The notes: generated by a model not told the origin, from the sequence alone. Positions 50,717 through 60,707 are shown, counted from the stretch's first letter. The stretch: DNA of 64,000 nt from an uncultured Methylophaga sp. (GCA_913055695.1 CAJXKF010000001.1:16354-80353), one strand, 5' to 3'. Numbers and translations are program-made.

Positions 50717-51383
50717 CACTGTCACCATTATGCTGGTCGATGACCATGCCATTGTCAGGGAAGGTTACCGTTCCCTGTTGCAGAAACAGGCCGAATTCGA
50801 GGTTATCTGTGAGGCTGGCGAAGGCAACGAAGCCTATAACCAGTACAAACAGCATCGACCTGATGTGGTCGTGATGGACATCTCATTACCGGGCCAGAGC
50901 GGACTTAAAGCCATTGAGCGGATCCGTCAGTATGATCCTACTGCGCGGGTACTTGTATTCAGCATGCATCAGAACCCCAGCTTTGCGTTGCAGGCAACAA
51001 GAGCCGGTGCGCTGGGTTACATCACCAAAAGCAGTGAACCGGAAGCCCTGATAAGAGCAATTCACCAGGTGGCTCTGAACAAACATACTCTGAGCGCAGA
51101 TATAGCACAGGCGCTGGCGATGGAAAAACTGGGGCAGGAACAGTCTGCGCTGGATGAGCTGACCGTGAGGGAATTTGAAATTTTGCGGTTACTGGTCGAC
51201 GCCAAGTCGAACCAGGACATTGCCGATATGCTCAATATCAGCCCTAAAACCGTGTCAAACTCGCATTACATCATCAAGAAAAAACTGGGCGTCAGTAGTG
51301 ATATCGAGCTGACCCGGCTGGCCATAAAAATGAACCTCGTCAACCTGTTGGATCTGGTTGACGAGGCACCGGTTTCAGAATGA
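50709..51383 (+). CDS. NarL/LuxR-family response regulator
   Basis: The likely start is ATG 50709 (MSSTVTIMLVDDHAIVREGY), overlapping the kinase stop by 8 nt. The track ORF's N-terminal extension from 50517 lies inside the kinase gene. C-terminal HTH LTVREFEILRLLVDAKSNQDIADMLNISPKTV. Confidence 0.9.
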   Translation: MSSTVTIMLVDDHAIVREGYRSLLQKQAEFEVICEAGEGNEAYNQYKQHRPDVVVMDISLPGQSGLKAIERIRQYDPTARVLVFSMHQNPSFALQATRAGALGYITKSSEPEALIRAIHQVALNKHTLSADIAQALAMEKLGQEQSALDELTVREFEILRLLVDAKSNQDIADMLNISPKTVSNSHYIIKKKLGVSSDIELTRLAIKMNLVNLLDLVDEAPVSE

Positions 51384-51396
51384 AATCCTGATGCTA

Positions 51397-52977
51397 TCAG
51401 GCAGCGTTGGTCTCTTTCTCATCATCAAAGTCACTTCGGATGATGTAATCGAATGACCCCAGCGCAGCCCGGGCACCATCCCCCATCGCCATGATGATTT
51501 GTTTGTACGGGATCGTTGTTACGTCGCCCGCTGCAAACACACCCGGCATTGAAGTCTGACCATGGTTATCGATTTCGATTTCACCGTATTTGCTCAAAGT
51601 AATCGTATCTTTCAACCAGTCGGTATTCGGGACCAGACCAATCTGGATAAATACCGCATTCAAGTCCAGCGTGTGTTTCTGTTCGGTGGCACGGTCGATA
51701 TAAATCAGGCCGTTCACCTTGCCGTCAGCACCTGTGATCTCGGTGGTTTGAGCACCGGTCACGATAGTGACGTTATCCAGTGAGAACAGTTTTTTCTGCA
51801 AGACCGCGTCAGCACGCAGTTCACCGTTGTACTCAATCAGCGTGACGTGACCAACGATACCGGCCAGATCAATAGCCGCCTCAACACCGGAGTTACCGCC
51901 ACCGATGACGGCGACCGGTTTGCCTTTAAACAAGGGGCCGTCACAGTGCGGACAATAAGCCACGCCATGACCGCGGTACTCTTCTTCACCCGGCACACCC
52001 AGTTGTTTCCAGCGGGCACCGGTGGCGAGGATCACGGTTTTACTGCTTAAAGTCGCGCCACTTTCCAGCTCGACTTCGATCATTTTGTCTTTTTTGCTCA
52101 ATTTTTTGGCGCGTTGCAGGTTCATCACGTCAACTTCGTATTCCTTGACGTGTTCTTCAAGTGCAGCGACCAGCTTGGGACCTTCGGTTTCCTTAACCGA
52201 GATAAAGTTTTCAATCGCCATGGTATCCATCACCTGACCACCAAAGCGCTCGGCCACAATACCGGTGCGAATACCTTTACGGGCAGCGTAGATGGACGCC
52301 GAAGCACCGGCAGGACCACCACCGACAATCAGTACATCAAAATCGTCTTTGGCACTGATTTTTTCGGCTTCACGCTTGACCGCGCCTTTATCCAGCTTGG
52401 CAATGATTTCCGGCAGACTCATCCGGCCCTGACCGAAGCTCTTGTCGTTCAGATACACCGTCGGTACCGCCATGATTTGACGCTCATCGACTTCGTCCTG
52501 GAACAGCGCACCATCAATCATGGTGTGGCTGATGTTCGGGTTATGAATGGCCATGACATTCAGCGCCTGGACCACTTCCGGACAGTTCTGGCACGACAGG
52601 GAAATGTAGGTTTCAAAGTGATATTCACCTTCCAGATTCTTGATCTGGTCGATGACTTCTTCACTCAGTTTGGTTGGATGCCCGCCGGTGTGCAGCAATG
52701 CCAGAACCAGTGAGGTGAACTCGTGCCCCATCGGAATACCGGCAAAACGGATTTTTTCGTCACCGTCCGGTTGTTTGATCTGGAACGAAGGCTTGCGGCT
52801 GTCGCTGTGAACATCTTCGACAAAATTGATTTGCGACGACATCTCTGCAATTTCCTGCAGCAACTCACGCATTTCATTGGCTTTGGCACTGTCATCCAGC
52901 GCCGCAACCAGCTCGATCGGACGTTTGATGTTCTCCAGATAGCCTTTTAATTGTGCAGCGATGTTTGCATCCAACAT
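51397..52977 (-). CDS. ahpF: Alkyl hydroperoxide reductase subunit F
   Basis: 526 aa. N-terminal redox centre SCQNCP, flavoprotein disulfide CPHCDG, and FAD/NAD Rossmann motifs. Confidence 0.95.
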   Translation of the reverse strand: MLDANIAAQLKGYLENIKRPIELVAALDDSAKANEMRELLQEIAEMSSQINFVEDVHSDSRKPSFQIKQPDGDEKIRFAGIPMGHEFTSLVLALLHTGGHPTKLSEEVIDQIKNLEGEYHFETYISLSCQNCPEVVQALNVMAIHNPNISHTMIDGALFQDEVDERQIMAVPTVYLNDKSFGQGRMSLPEIIAKLDKGAVKREAEKISAKDDFDVLIVGGGPAGASASIYAARKGIRTGIVAERFGGQVMDTMAIENFISVKETEGPKLVAALEEHVKEYEVDVMNLQRAKKLSKKDKMIEVELESGATLSSKTVILATGARWKQLGVPGEEEYRGHGVAYCPHCDGPLFKGKPVAVIGGGNSGVEAAIDLAGIVGHVTLIEYNGELRADAVLQKKLFSLDNVTIVTGAQTTEITGADGKVNGLIYIDRATEQKHTLDLNAVFIQIGLVPNTDWLKDTITLSKYGEIEIDNHGQTSMPGVFAAGDVTTIPYKQIIMAMGDGARAALGSFDYIIRSDFDDEKETNAA

Positions 52978-53059
52978 GATAAATACCTGTAATCAATTAA
53001 CAATGTGAGGACTGTGTCCGGGCACAAGGCCCGGACGCAGTCTGGCAGGACGACGAAAT

Positions 53060-53626
53060 TTAGATTTTGCCGACCAGATCCAGTGATGGAGCCAGAGTTT
53101 CTTCACCTGGCTGCCATGAAGCCGGGCAAACTTCACCTTCGTGAGTGGCAACGTATTGTGCAGCCTGTACTTTACGTACCAGATCTTTTGCACTACGACC
53201 GATACCCAGATCGTTGATTTCAGCCGCTTTGATGACACCGTCCGGATCGATGATGAAGGTACCACGCAGTGCCACACCGTCTTCTTCGATCATGACGTCG
53301 AAGTTACGGCTGATGCGGCCGGTTGGATCGCCGATCATCGGGAATTTGATTTTCTTGATGGTTTCAGACGCATCGTGCCACGCTTTGTGGACGAAGTGTG
53401 TGTCAGTAGAAACTGAGTAGACTTCCACACCCATTTCTTTCAGTTGTTCGTAGTGGTCAGCCACATCACCCAGTTCGGTCGGGCAGACAAAGGTGAAGTC
53501 AGCTGGATAGAAAACAAATACAGCCCATTTACCTTTGACGTCGTCACTTGTGACATCCACGAACTCGCCGTTATGGAAAGCAGTCGCTTTAAAAGGTTTA
53601 ATTTCTGTATTGATCAGTGATGACAT
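53060..53626 (-). CDS. ahpC: Alkyl hydroperoxide reductase subunit C (2-Cys peroxiredoxin)
   Basis: 188 aa. Peroxidatic Cys context [10 protein letters not shown] and resolving Cys EVCPASW. Confidence 0.97.
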   Translation of the reverse strand: MSSLINTEIKPFKATAFHNGEFVDVTSDDVKGKWAVFVFYPADFTFVCPTELGDVADHYEQLKEMGVEVYSVSTDTHFVHKAWHDASETIKKIKFPMIGDPTGRISRNFDVMIEEDGVALRGTFIIDPDGVIKAAEINDLGIGRSAKDLVRKVQAAQYVATHEGEVCPASWQPGEETLAPSLDLVGKI

Positions 53627-53810
53627 TATTAGCTCCTTTAATTGGGGTTATGTCGTAAATGACAGTTGGCATTGTAGTCGAGCCTGATAGATAGGTACAA
53701 CGACTTAATTCAATTAATATGATTGGTAAAAGCGATTAAACAGTCTGACAGACTGCGGTGCTGAGAAATAGTGCCTTTTCGTGGTCCAGGACCTTTGTGG
53801 AAGCTGAAAC

Positions 53811-53844
53811 AAAAAAGGCCCTTGAATTCCTTCAAGGGCCTTTT
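53811..53844 (-). terminator. Intrinsic terminator downstream of pqqA (bidirectional shape)
   Basis: Perfect 10-bp stem GGCCCTTGAA / TTCAAGGGCC (53817-53826 and 53831-53840) with loop TTCC. On the minus strand it is followed by TTTTTTG. Confidence 0.8.
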
Positions 53845-53861
53845 GATGAAATCACACTGTA

Positions 53862-53933
53862 TTAGCGATTGCAAATGTACATAGTGACTTCGAAGCCGAA
53901 ACGCATGTCTGAATATTCTGGTTTAGTCCACAT
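53862..53933 (-). CDS. pqqA: Pyrroloquinoline quinone precursor peptide PqqA (23 aa)
   Basis: Too short for the ORF track. Hand translation gives ATG TGG ACT AAA CCA GAA TAT TCA GAC ATG CGT TTC GGC TTC GAA GTC ACT ATG TAC ATT TGC AAT CGC TAA = [23 protein letters not shown]. This nearly matches Pseudomonas/Acinetobacter PqqA (MWTKPA.TDLRIGFEVTMY...) and includes the E-x3-Y cross-link residues. GAGGA SD 7 nt upstream, and its own terminator downstream. Confidence 0.9.
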   Translation of the reverse strand: MWTKPEYSDMRFGFEVTMYICNR

Positions 53934-54052
53934 GATACTGTCCTCGTATTTGATTTGTCGGGTTACCAGATAAACTGGTAACTGTGGAGCAGTTTATCTC
54001 TGTCCAGCAATCAGAACATCAGCGCTTTCCGCTATTGCGGTCAGGATTTTTC

Positions 54053-55363
54053 TTATTCCTCAGACGCCTGGCGCTGGACTATTTCATCCAGCATCCTGCC
54101 GATAGCAGTCGTCAGCCGGGTCAAATCAGCAGCATCAATGATATAGGGCGGCATGATATAAATCATGGTTCTGAAAGGCCGTATCCAGACACCCTGGTCG
54201 ACAATAAAGCCCGGTAGCCAGTCCATGCAGTCATCCAGCGGCCGATTCAGATCCACCACGCCAATAGCACCTTTGACCCTGACCTCATTCACTATCTCGT
54301 GCGACTGGTAGGGCATCAGCTCGGCTTTGAGCTGGGATTCGATGCGTGAGACATTCTCCTGCCAGTCCGATTCCAGCAGCAGATCAATACTTTCTGCAGC
54401 GACACGACAGGCCAAAGGATTCCCCATAAAGGTGGGTCCATGCATCAGCACACCACTGCCGTCGGCAGAAATACCCTCTGCGACTTTTCGATTACACAGC
54501 GTGGCTGCCAGAGTCATATAACCACCGGTCAACGCTTTCCCCAGACACAGAATATCCGGCACGATACCGGCCTGTTCATAGGCAAATAATGAGCCGGTGC
54601 GACCGAACCCCGTGGCGATTTCATCAAAAATCAGCAGCACGCCGAACTCATCACATAAAGCTCTGACCTGGCGCAGATATTCCGGGCAATACATGCGCAT
54701 ACCACCGGCCCCCTGCACCAGGGGCTCCAGAATAACCGCCGCCAGCTCATGATGATGTTCGCCTATCAAGCGTCTGAATTCGGCAATGTGACTGTCATCC
54801 CAGTCCTCGTCCCGCTGACAGGACGGTGCCGGTGCGAAGAGATGTTTGGGCAGCACCTGCTCAAACATCGAGTGCATGCCATTGACCGGATCACAGACCG
54901 ACATCGCGCCAAAGGTATCACCGTGATAGCCATTGCGAACCGACATCAGCCGTTGCTTGCCGGCCAGTCCCTGGGCAAACCAATGCTGAATCGCCATTTT
55001 TATCGCGACTTCCACCGACACCGAACCGGAATCAGCGAGAAACACATACTGCAGGCTGTCATCGGTAATGTCGATGAGTTTACGGGCCAGATTAACCGCC
55101 GGCTCATGGGTCAGACCACCAAACATGACATGTGACATCTTATCCAGCTGCGATTTCGCTGCCTGATTCAATCTTGGATGATTGTAACCATGAATGGCTG
55201 ACCACCATGAGGACATACCATCGATGATCTGCCGACCATCACTCAGGGTCAGCCTGACCCCTTCTGCAGACACAACCTCATGTAACAGCGGCGGATTGGC
55301 GACGCTGGTATAGGGATGCCAGATATGAGCGGCATCAAACTCAAGATTTGCTGTTTTTTCCAT
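54053..55363 (-). CDS. bioA: Adenosylmethionine-8-amino-7-oxononanoate aminotransferase BioA
   Basis: The likely start is ATG 55363 (MEKTANLEFDAAHIWHPYTS); the track ORF extends to 55399. Class III aminotransferase motifs LIFDEIATGFGRTG and the PLP-Lys context CLGKALTGG. Confidence 0.92.
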   Translation of the reverse strand: MEKTANLEFDAAHIWHPYTSVANPPLLHEVVSAEGVRLTLSDGRQIIDGMSSWWSAIHGYNHPRLNQAAKSQLDKMSHVMFGGLTHEPAVNLARKLIDITDDSLQYVFLADSGSVSVEVAIKMAIQHWFAQGLAGKQRLMSVRNGYHGDTFGAMSVCDPVNGMHSMFEQVLPKHLFAPAPSCQRDEDWDDSHIAEFRRLIGEHHHELAAVILEPLVQGAGGMRMYCPEYLRQVRALCDEFGVLLIFDEIATGFGRTGSLFAYEQAGIVPDILCLGKALTGGYMTLAATLCNRKVAEGISADGSGVLMHGPTFMGNPLACRVAAESIDLLLESDWQENVSRIESQLKAELMPYQSHEIVNEVRVKGAIGVVDLNRPLDDCMDWLPGFIVDQGVWIRPFRTMIYIMPPYIIDAADLTRLTTAIGRMLDEIVQRQASEE

Positions 55364-55470
55364 GCGCAGATCATAGCAGTAGTCTGAAGCCGGCCCCAAT
55401 TTTAGATAGTTGGCTTATCGCCTCAGCGTGCTATAAGCTAGAGTCAGGATAGCAATCTAAGGCATCTGTC

Positions 55471-56898
55471 ATGGGCCAGGAAATTGCGGGCGTCAGTTTC
55501 ACTGCGAAGGATTTCGAGCGTTTCAGTGAGCATCTTCGAAACGAAACCACACGATTGCAGCATTTGCTCAGTGATGCCCTGCAGTTGCACGAAACCCGCT
55601 ATGCCGGCATAGAACTTGAGGCCTGGCTGGTTGATAAAACCATGCGACCTGCTCCTATCAATGATGCTTTTCTCAAACTGCTCAATGATCCCCTGGCTAA
55701 TGCTGAGCTGGCCAAATTCAATATCGAATTCAACACTGAACCGGTTCCCCTGACCGGTGATGCCCTCAGCCAGTTGCACCGCCAACTGCAAAATGCCTGG
55801 TCCAATGCCAGCCAACAGGCACAGCGGTTGGAGAGCGAATTAATGATGACCGGTATCCTGCCCACCCTGGTGCAGGATGATCTGAATGTTTTCAATATGT
55901 CAGATATGAACCGCTACCGTGCGCTCAATGAGCAGATCCTGGCTGCCCGCGGCAAGCCGGTTAAGCTGGATATCAGTGGTGATGACCATCTTAAGCTCAC
56001 CCATCATGACGTGATGCTGGAATCGGCGGCGACCTCGCTGCAACTGCACACGCAGGTGCCGGTCAACGTCGCGCACCATTTCTACAATGCCTCGCTGATG
56101 GCTTCTGCAGCGATGGTGGCGATTAGTGCCAACTCCCCGTTCCTGTTCGGCCACAGCCTGTGGCAGGAAACCCGCATTCCCTTATTTGAACAGGCAATCG
56201 AAGCCGGCGGTTTTGACGGCGCAGCACACGGACCGGTGAAAAGAGTCAGTTTCGGCAGCGATTACGCACGACATTCAATATTCGAATGCTTTGAAGAGAA
56301 TCTTGAGCATTATCCTGTGCTTTTACCGGTGGATGTGGGTGCGGCCAGTGACAATCTTGAACACCTGCGGCTGCATAACGGCACCATCTGGCGCTGGAAC
56401 CGGCCACTGATTGGCTTTATCGGGGCCAAACCCCATATCCGCATTGAACACCGCACACCGGCAGCGGGTCCAACCATTACCGATATGCTCGCTAATACCG
56501 CGTTTTATTATGGACTCAGTCATGCCTTATGTGATCGTGTGATTGCTTATGGGATTGAGCTGGCATTCAGCGATGCGCGGGATAATTTCTACAAAGCCGC
56601 CCGCTATGGGCTCGACGCTACGGTAGTGGATTTTGCCGGATCACATCAGTCGCTACAGCATTATATTCTGGAAACCTGCCTGCCACTGGCCGAACAAGGG
56701 CTTGATAAGCTGGGCATCAGTGCCAGGGACCGGGATAAATATCTCAAAATCATTGCTGACCGAGTCGAACAGCATCAAACTGGCAGTGACTGGCAACGGG
56801 CTTTTATTGCTAAATATGGTAAGGACTTTAGCAGGATGAGCCGGTATTACCTGCATCATCAGCAAGAAGGCGAGGTGGTAAGCCAATGGCCGATTTGA
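55471..56898 (+). CDS. GCS2-family carboxylate-amine ligase (glutamate-cysteine ligase family 2-like), 475 aa
   Basis: YbdK/GCS2-type motifs: AGIELEAWLVD near the N-terminus, SLQLHTQVP, ISANSPFLFG and HIRIEHRTPAAGP. It is longer than typical YbdK (about 370 aa). The substrate is not inferable. Confidence 0.7.
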   Translation: MGQEIAGVSFTAKDFERFSEHLRNETTRLQHLLSDALQLHETRYAGIELEAWLVDKTMRPAPINDAFLKLLNDPLANAELAKFNIEFNTEPVPLTGDALSQLHRQLQNAWSNASQQAQRLESELMMTGILPTLVQDDLNVFNMSDMNRYRALNEQILAARGKPVKLDISGDDHLKLTHHDVMLESAATSLQLHTQVPVNVAHHFYNASLMASAAMVAISANSPFLFGHSLWQETRIPLFEQAIEAGGFDGAAHGPVKRVSFGSDYARHSIFECFEENLEHYPVLLPVDVGAASDNLEHLRLHNGTIWRWNRPLIGFIGAKPHIRIEHRTPAAGPTITDMLANTAFYYGLSHALCDRVIAYGIELAFSDARDNFYKAARYGLDATVVDFAGSHQSLQHYILETCLPLAEQGLDKLGISARDRDKYLKIIADRVEQHQTGSDWQRAFIAKYGKDFSRMSRYYLHHQQEGEVVSQWPI

Positions 56899-57911
56899 AA
56901 CAGGACCTGCTGCAACAACTGGATAGTATTCCCGACGGCCTGCTGGAGAGCAGTGCCCGCGATTTACACAAGGTGCTCCATGGTCCCAGCCTGTTGCATC
57001 TCAAGGGTAAGCAAAATAACACCCTGTTTCTGTCAGTCATGCTGCATGGCAACGAAACCACCGGCCTGCTCGCCGTGCAGCAGCTGTTGAAGAAATATCA
57101 GTCCCGCATGCTGCCACGTAACCTGTCTATATTTTTCGGTAATGTCGAAGCGGCGCGTGACGGCCTGCGCCGTCTTGATGATCAGGCAGACTTCAACCGA
57201 ATCTGGCCCGGCACCGAGTACTCAGTCTGCCCGGAAACGCTTATGGCCCAGGCTATTGTCGATACTATGGCGGATCGCAATCTGTTTGCCAGTGTCGACA
57301 TCCACAACAATACCGGTCTTAATCCGCATTATGCCTGCATCAACAAACTGGAGCCGGCTTATCAGCAACTGGCCACCCTGTTCGCACGCTTTGTGGTTTA
57401 TTTCACTCGCCCTAAAGGCGTGCAGTCGATGGCTTTTGCCCAGCTTTGTCCAGCTGTGACGCTGGAATGCGGGCGACCGGACCAGACTTACGGCGTCAAA
57501 CACGCCTTTGATTTTATCGACAGTTGCCTGAACCTGAGGGAGTTACCCGATCATCCGGTTCATCCCCAGGATATCGACCTGTTCCATACTGTGGCTCAGG
57601 TTAAAGTACGACCAGAAGTGGACTTTAGTTTTGATGACAGTGAAGTTGTTCTACAGTTGGACAGAGACCTGGAGAAAATGAATTTCTTTGAAGTGCCAGC
57701 CGGTACGGCGTTGGGGCGGGTCAATAGCAACGGTTTTCTGCCCGTTGAGGCACGCGATGAAAATGGCGAGGATGTGAGCAGCCGTTATTTTGAACTGCAT
57801 GACGACGAATTGATGTTTAAACGGCCGACCATGCCATCAATGATGACGCTCAATGAACGCGTCATCAAACAGGATTGTCTGTGTTATCTGATGGAGCGCT
57901 TGCAGGGCTGA
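56886..57911 (+). CDS. Succinylglutamate desuccinylase/aspartoacylase (AstE/AspA, M14-like) family zinc hydrolase
   Basis: 341 aa. Zn-binding motif MLHGNETTG, with a later DIHNNTG. Its start overlaps the ligase gene by 13 nt. Confidence 0.7.
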   Translation: MADLKQDLLQQLDSIPDGLLESSARDLHKVLHGPSLLHLKGKQNNTLFLSVMLHGNETTGLLAVQQLLKKYQSRMLPRNLSIFFGNVEAARDGLRRLDDQADFNRIWPGTEYSVCPETLMAQAIVDTMADRNLFASVDIHNNTGLNPHYACINKLEPAYQQLATLFARFVVYFTRPKGVQSMAFAQLCPAVTLECGRPDQTYGVKHAFDFIDSCLNLRELPDHPVHPQDIDLFHTVAQVKVRPEVDFSFDDSEVVLQLDRDLEKMNFFEVPAGTALGRVNSNGFLPVEARDENGEDVSSRYFELHDDELMFKRPTMPSMMTLNERVIKQDCLCYLMERLQG

Positions 57912-57926
57912 GCGCCCTGCTATCTG

Positions 57927-58253
57927 TTATTTAGTGACGCTGAAACTTTCGCCGCAACCACACTCGGAAGTGACATTGGGGTTAATGAATTTAAAGCTTT
58001 GATTCAGGCCTTCACGGACAAAATCCAGCTCCATGCCTTCCAGCATTGGCATAGCGTCTTCGTTGACTACGACTTTAACATCGCCCTGTTCGATGACTAC
58101 ATCATCGGTGGCAACGTCATCAGCATAATCCAGCGCATAGCTGTAACCGGAACAGCCGCTTTTGACGACCCCAATCCGCAGGCCGACGCCGCCATCGCGC
58201 TTGCTCATCATATCGCGGACTCTTTTAATGGCTGATTCAGTTAAGGTAATCAT
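57927..58253 (-). CDS. iscA: HesB/IscA-family A-type Fe-S carrier
   Basis: 108 aa with the C-terminal SECGCGESF motif. Follows the cysteine desulfurase gene after a 3-nt gap. Confidence 0.88.
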   Translation of the reverse strand: MITLTESAIKRVRDMMSKRDGGVGLRIGVVKSGCSGYSYALDYADDVATDDVVIEQGDVKVVVNEDAMPMLEGMELDFVREGLNQSFKFINPNVTSECGCGESFSVTK

Positions 58254-58256
58254 AAT

Positions 58257-59399
58257 TCACCTGTTTAATAAATGATTGAAGCGATTTGCTTCTTTTTCCA
58301 GCACTTTGGCCAGCTGTTCAATTTGTTCGACAGTATTTTCTGTCGAAACACTCACCCGGACTGCACCTAATGCAACCGGATCAGGCACACCCATGGCGGT
58401 CAGCACATGACTTGGTGTCTGCCGGCCGGTACCACAGGCTGAGCCACTTGAGACGGCAAAGCCCTGCTTGTCCAGCGCCATCAGCATGGTGTCTGAATCA
58501 AAGCCCTGCAGTGCAAAAAAGCAGGTATTTGGCAATCTTTCAGCTTCATCGGCAAAGATGGTGACGCCCGGGATTTGTTTCAAGTGGCTTTCCAGCAAGT
58601 CCCGTAACTGCCTGCAATGCTGCTGGTAATGTTCAAGTTGTGACTGCACATAATCTGCAGCGGCACCGAAACCGACAATCGCGGCCACATTTTCAGTGCC
58701 ACTGCGTTTATCTTCCTCCTGACCACCGCCAAGAATATAGCCGGGCCAGTCAAGTTCGGGCGATACGATTAAAGCGCCGATACCTTTGGGGCCGCCAAAC
58801 TTGTGTGCCGACAGCGTCAGCATATCCACTCCAGCAGCACTCATATCAACCGGCAGTTTACCGGCAGCCTGTACTGCATCGGTCAGCAGCGGTACAGACT
58901 TCTCATGACAGACGGCAGCCAGCGCCGGAATGTCCTGAATCACCCCGGTTTCGTTATTGGCCCACATCACTGACACCAGGCGGGTATCTTCATCAATCAG
59001 CTCGGCCAGAGTGGCAGGATCGACCTGACCATTTTCATCGACCGGAATCAGCTCCAGTTTAAAACCACGCCGTTGCAGGCGTCGGGCGGGTTCCAGCATG
59101 GCAGGATGCTCAATGGCACTGACTAGAATTTTACCGCTCTCGTATCGCTCTGCGACGCCGGCAATCGCCTGATTGTTGGCTTCAGTACCGCCACTGGTAA
59201 AAATAACCTGAGCGGGTTGGGCATTAACCAGTCTGGCAACCTGTTGACGGGCTTTATCGAGGGCGGCCTGCGCATAGCGGCCAAAGCGGTGACTACTGGA
59301 CGGGTTACCCCGCTGTTGCTGAAGGTACGGCAGCATCGCATCGAGCACGCCAGGAGCCAGCCCTGCTCCGGCATTATTGTCGAGATAGGTGAAAGACAT
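58257..59399 (-). CDS. iscS: Class I cysteine desulfurase (IscS/NifS-like), about 380 aa
   Basis: The likely start is ATG 59399 (MSFTYLDNNAGAG...). The track ORF's upstream extension to 59519 overlaps the iscR 3' end. PLP-Lys context SAHKFGGPKGIGAL and active-site SSGSACG. Confidence 0.88.
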   Translation of the reverse strand: MSFTYLDNNAGAGLAPGVLDAMLPYLQQQRGNPSSSHRFGRYAQAALDKARQQVARLVNAQPAQVIFTSGGTEANNQAIAGVAERYESGKILVSAIEHPAMLEPARRLQRRGFKLELIPVDENGQVDPATLAELIDEDTRLVSVMWANNETGVIQDIPALAAVCHEKSVPLLTDAVQAAGKLPVDMSAAGVDMLTLSAHKFGGPKGIGALIVSPELDWPGYILGGGQEEDKRSGTENVAAIVGFGAAADYVQSQLEHYQQHCRQLRDLLESHLKQIPGVTIFADEAERLPNTCFFALQGFDSDTMLMALDKQGFAVSSGSACGTGRQTPSHVLTAMGVPDPVALGAVRVSVSTENTVEQIEQLAKVLEKEANRFNHLLNR

Positions 59400-59412
59400 C
59401 GCTGAGACCTGC

Positions 59413-59859
59413 TTAGACGACGTCGAATTGAATGACTTTTTCGCCGCTACGCTTTTTTTCGTAATTACTGACAACCTGGGCCAGAGTAATGCCATCGAGG
59501 TAGACCCGAATCTGATCACTCAGGCTTTGCCAAAGTTCGTGGCTCAGGCACTGCTCTTCACCATGACAATTCTGACGGCCTTCACACTGCGTGGTATCGA
59601 CTTTCTCATCGACCGCGGAAATCACATCGAGCACGGTGATGTTGTCAGCAGCCCGACTGAGACGATAACCACCGCCTGGTCCACGTGAACTGCTGACCAG
59701 ACCCTGCTTACGCAGGCGCGCGAACAGTTGCTCAAGATAGGACAGAGAAATACCCTGGCGCTCGGAAATATCTGCCAGGGTAATCGCACCCACGCCATAG
59801 TTCAGGCTGAGGTCCAGCATGGCCGTGACTGCATAGCGCCCTTTGGTGGTCAAACGCAT
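59413..59859 (-). CDS. iscR: Rrf2-family Fe-S regulator IscR
   Basis: 148 aa with [17 protein letters not shown]. Cys ligand region [13 protein letters not shown]. Position between cysE and iscS matches Pseudomonas. Confidence 0.9.
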   Translation of the reverse strand: MRLTTKGRYAVTAMLDLSLNYGVGAITLADISERQGISLSYLEQLFARLRKQGLVSSSRGPGGGYRLSRAADNITVLDVISAVDEKVDTTQCEGRQNCHGEEQCLSHELWQSLSDQIRVYLDGITLAQVVSNYEKKRSGEKVIQFDVV

Positions 59860-59896
59860 GTTTCAATCCAGAATAAAATCAACTTATTAAGTGTAC

Positions 59897-59921
59897 ATGC
59901 CTGACTATTTTAGTCAACTTT
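59897..59921. promoter_or_regulatory. IscR type-1-like binding site upstream of iscR
   Basis: ATGCCTGACTATTTTAGTCAACTTT matches 23 of 25 positions of the E. coli type-1 consensus as I recall it (ATASYYGACTRWWWYAGTCRRSTAT). It lies 38-62 nt upstream of ATG 59859 and overlaps the cysE stop codon. Confidence 0.6.
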
Positions 59922-60707
59922 TGTATCGTCATTTTCCCTTGAGATATCGCAGTTGTCTAACTCAGGCATATCAACATCTTCCGGCAGTTCACCGCCGAGG
60001 CGATGGATGGTTTCCCGCAGTGACTCCACACGCTTGTCCATTGCCTGAATATGTTCAATCAGACCATGAATTGCGGTTGCGACAGGATCCTGGCTTTTGC
60101 TGGAAGTGCCATAGGCGTCAAAACCGACCGACTGAGCCAGTTTCTGCTGCTGTTTCTCATCTTCTGTCATATCTGCCTTGGCTCTGACAACACGGCCCGG
60201 TACGCCTACTACCGTTTCTCCCGGTGACACATCTTTGACCACAACCGCATTGGAGCCGACACGGGCACCATCACACAAGCGGATAGGCCCCAGCACCTTG
60301 GCGCCGGCACCGACAACCACATCGTTACCCAGTGTCGGATGACGTTTACCTTCTTTCCAGGATGTCCCGCCCAGGGTCACACCATGATAAAGCGTGCAGT
60401 CATCTCCGATTTCAGCCGTTTCCCCAATCACCACACCCATGCCGTGGTCGATAAAAAAACGACGGCCGATTTTGGCTCCCGGATGAATTTCAATGCCGGT
60501 AACCCAACGACCTATGGTGGACATAAACTTGGCCAGCCATTTCCAGTTTTTGTTCCACAACCAGTGATTCACCCGATGCAGTTGCACTGCATGCACACCG
60601 GGATAGGTAGTAACGATCTCAAACACATTACGCGCTGCCGGGTCCCGTTCAAAAACGCAGTTAATGTCTTCCTTGATACGTTGCCAGCGGCTGATTTTTT
60701 CACTCAT
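59910..60707 (-). CDS. cysE: Serine O-acetyltransferase CysE (short type with a helical/acidic C-terminal extension of about 90 aa)
   Basis: 265 aa. Left-handed beta-helix hexapeptide repeats ([41 protein letters not shown]). trmJ-cysE-iscR synteny. Confidence 0.9.
   Translation of the reverse strand: MSEKISRWQRIKEDINCVFERDPAARNVFEIVTTYPGVHAVQLHRVNHWLWNKNWKWLAKFMSTIGRWVTGIEIHPGAKIGRRFFIDHGMGVVIGETAEIGDDCTLYHGVTLGGTSWKEGKRHPTLGNDVVVGAGAKVLGPIRLCDGARVGSNAVVVKDVSPGETVVGVPGRVVRAKADMTEDEKQQQKLAQSVGFDAYGTSSKSQDPVATAIHGLIEHIQAMDKRVESLRETIHRLGGELPEDVDMPELDNCDISRENDDTKVD

Noticed and set aside
53741-53755. Perfect 15-bp palindrome CAGTCTGACAGACTG about 115 nt upstream of ahpC, considered as an OxyR site
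   Set aside because: It does not fit the four-fold ATAG-N7-CTAT-type OxyR pattern as I recall it. It is a single short dyad with no second copy, so the evidence is insufficient.
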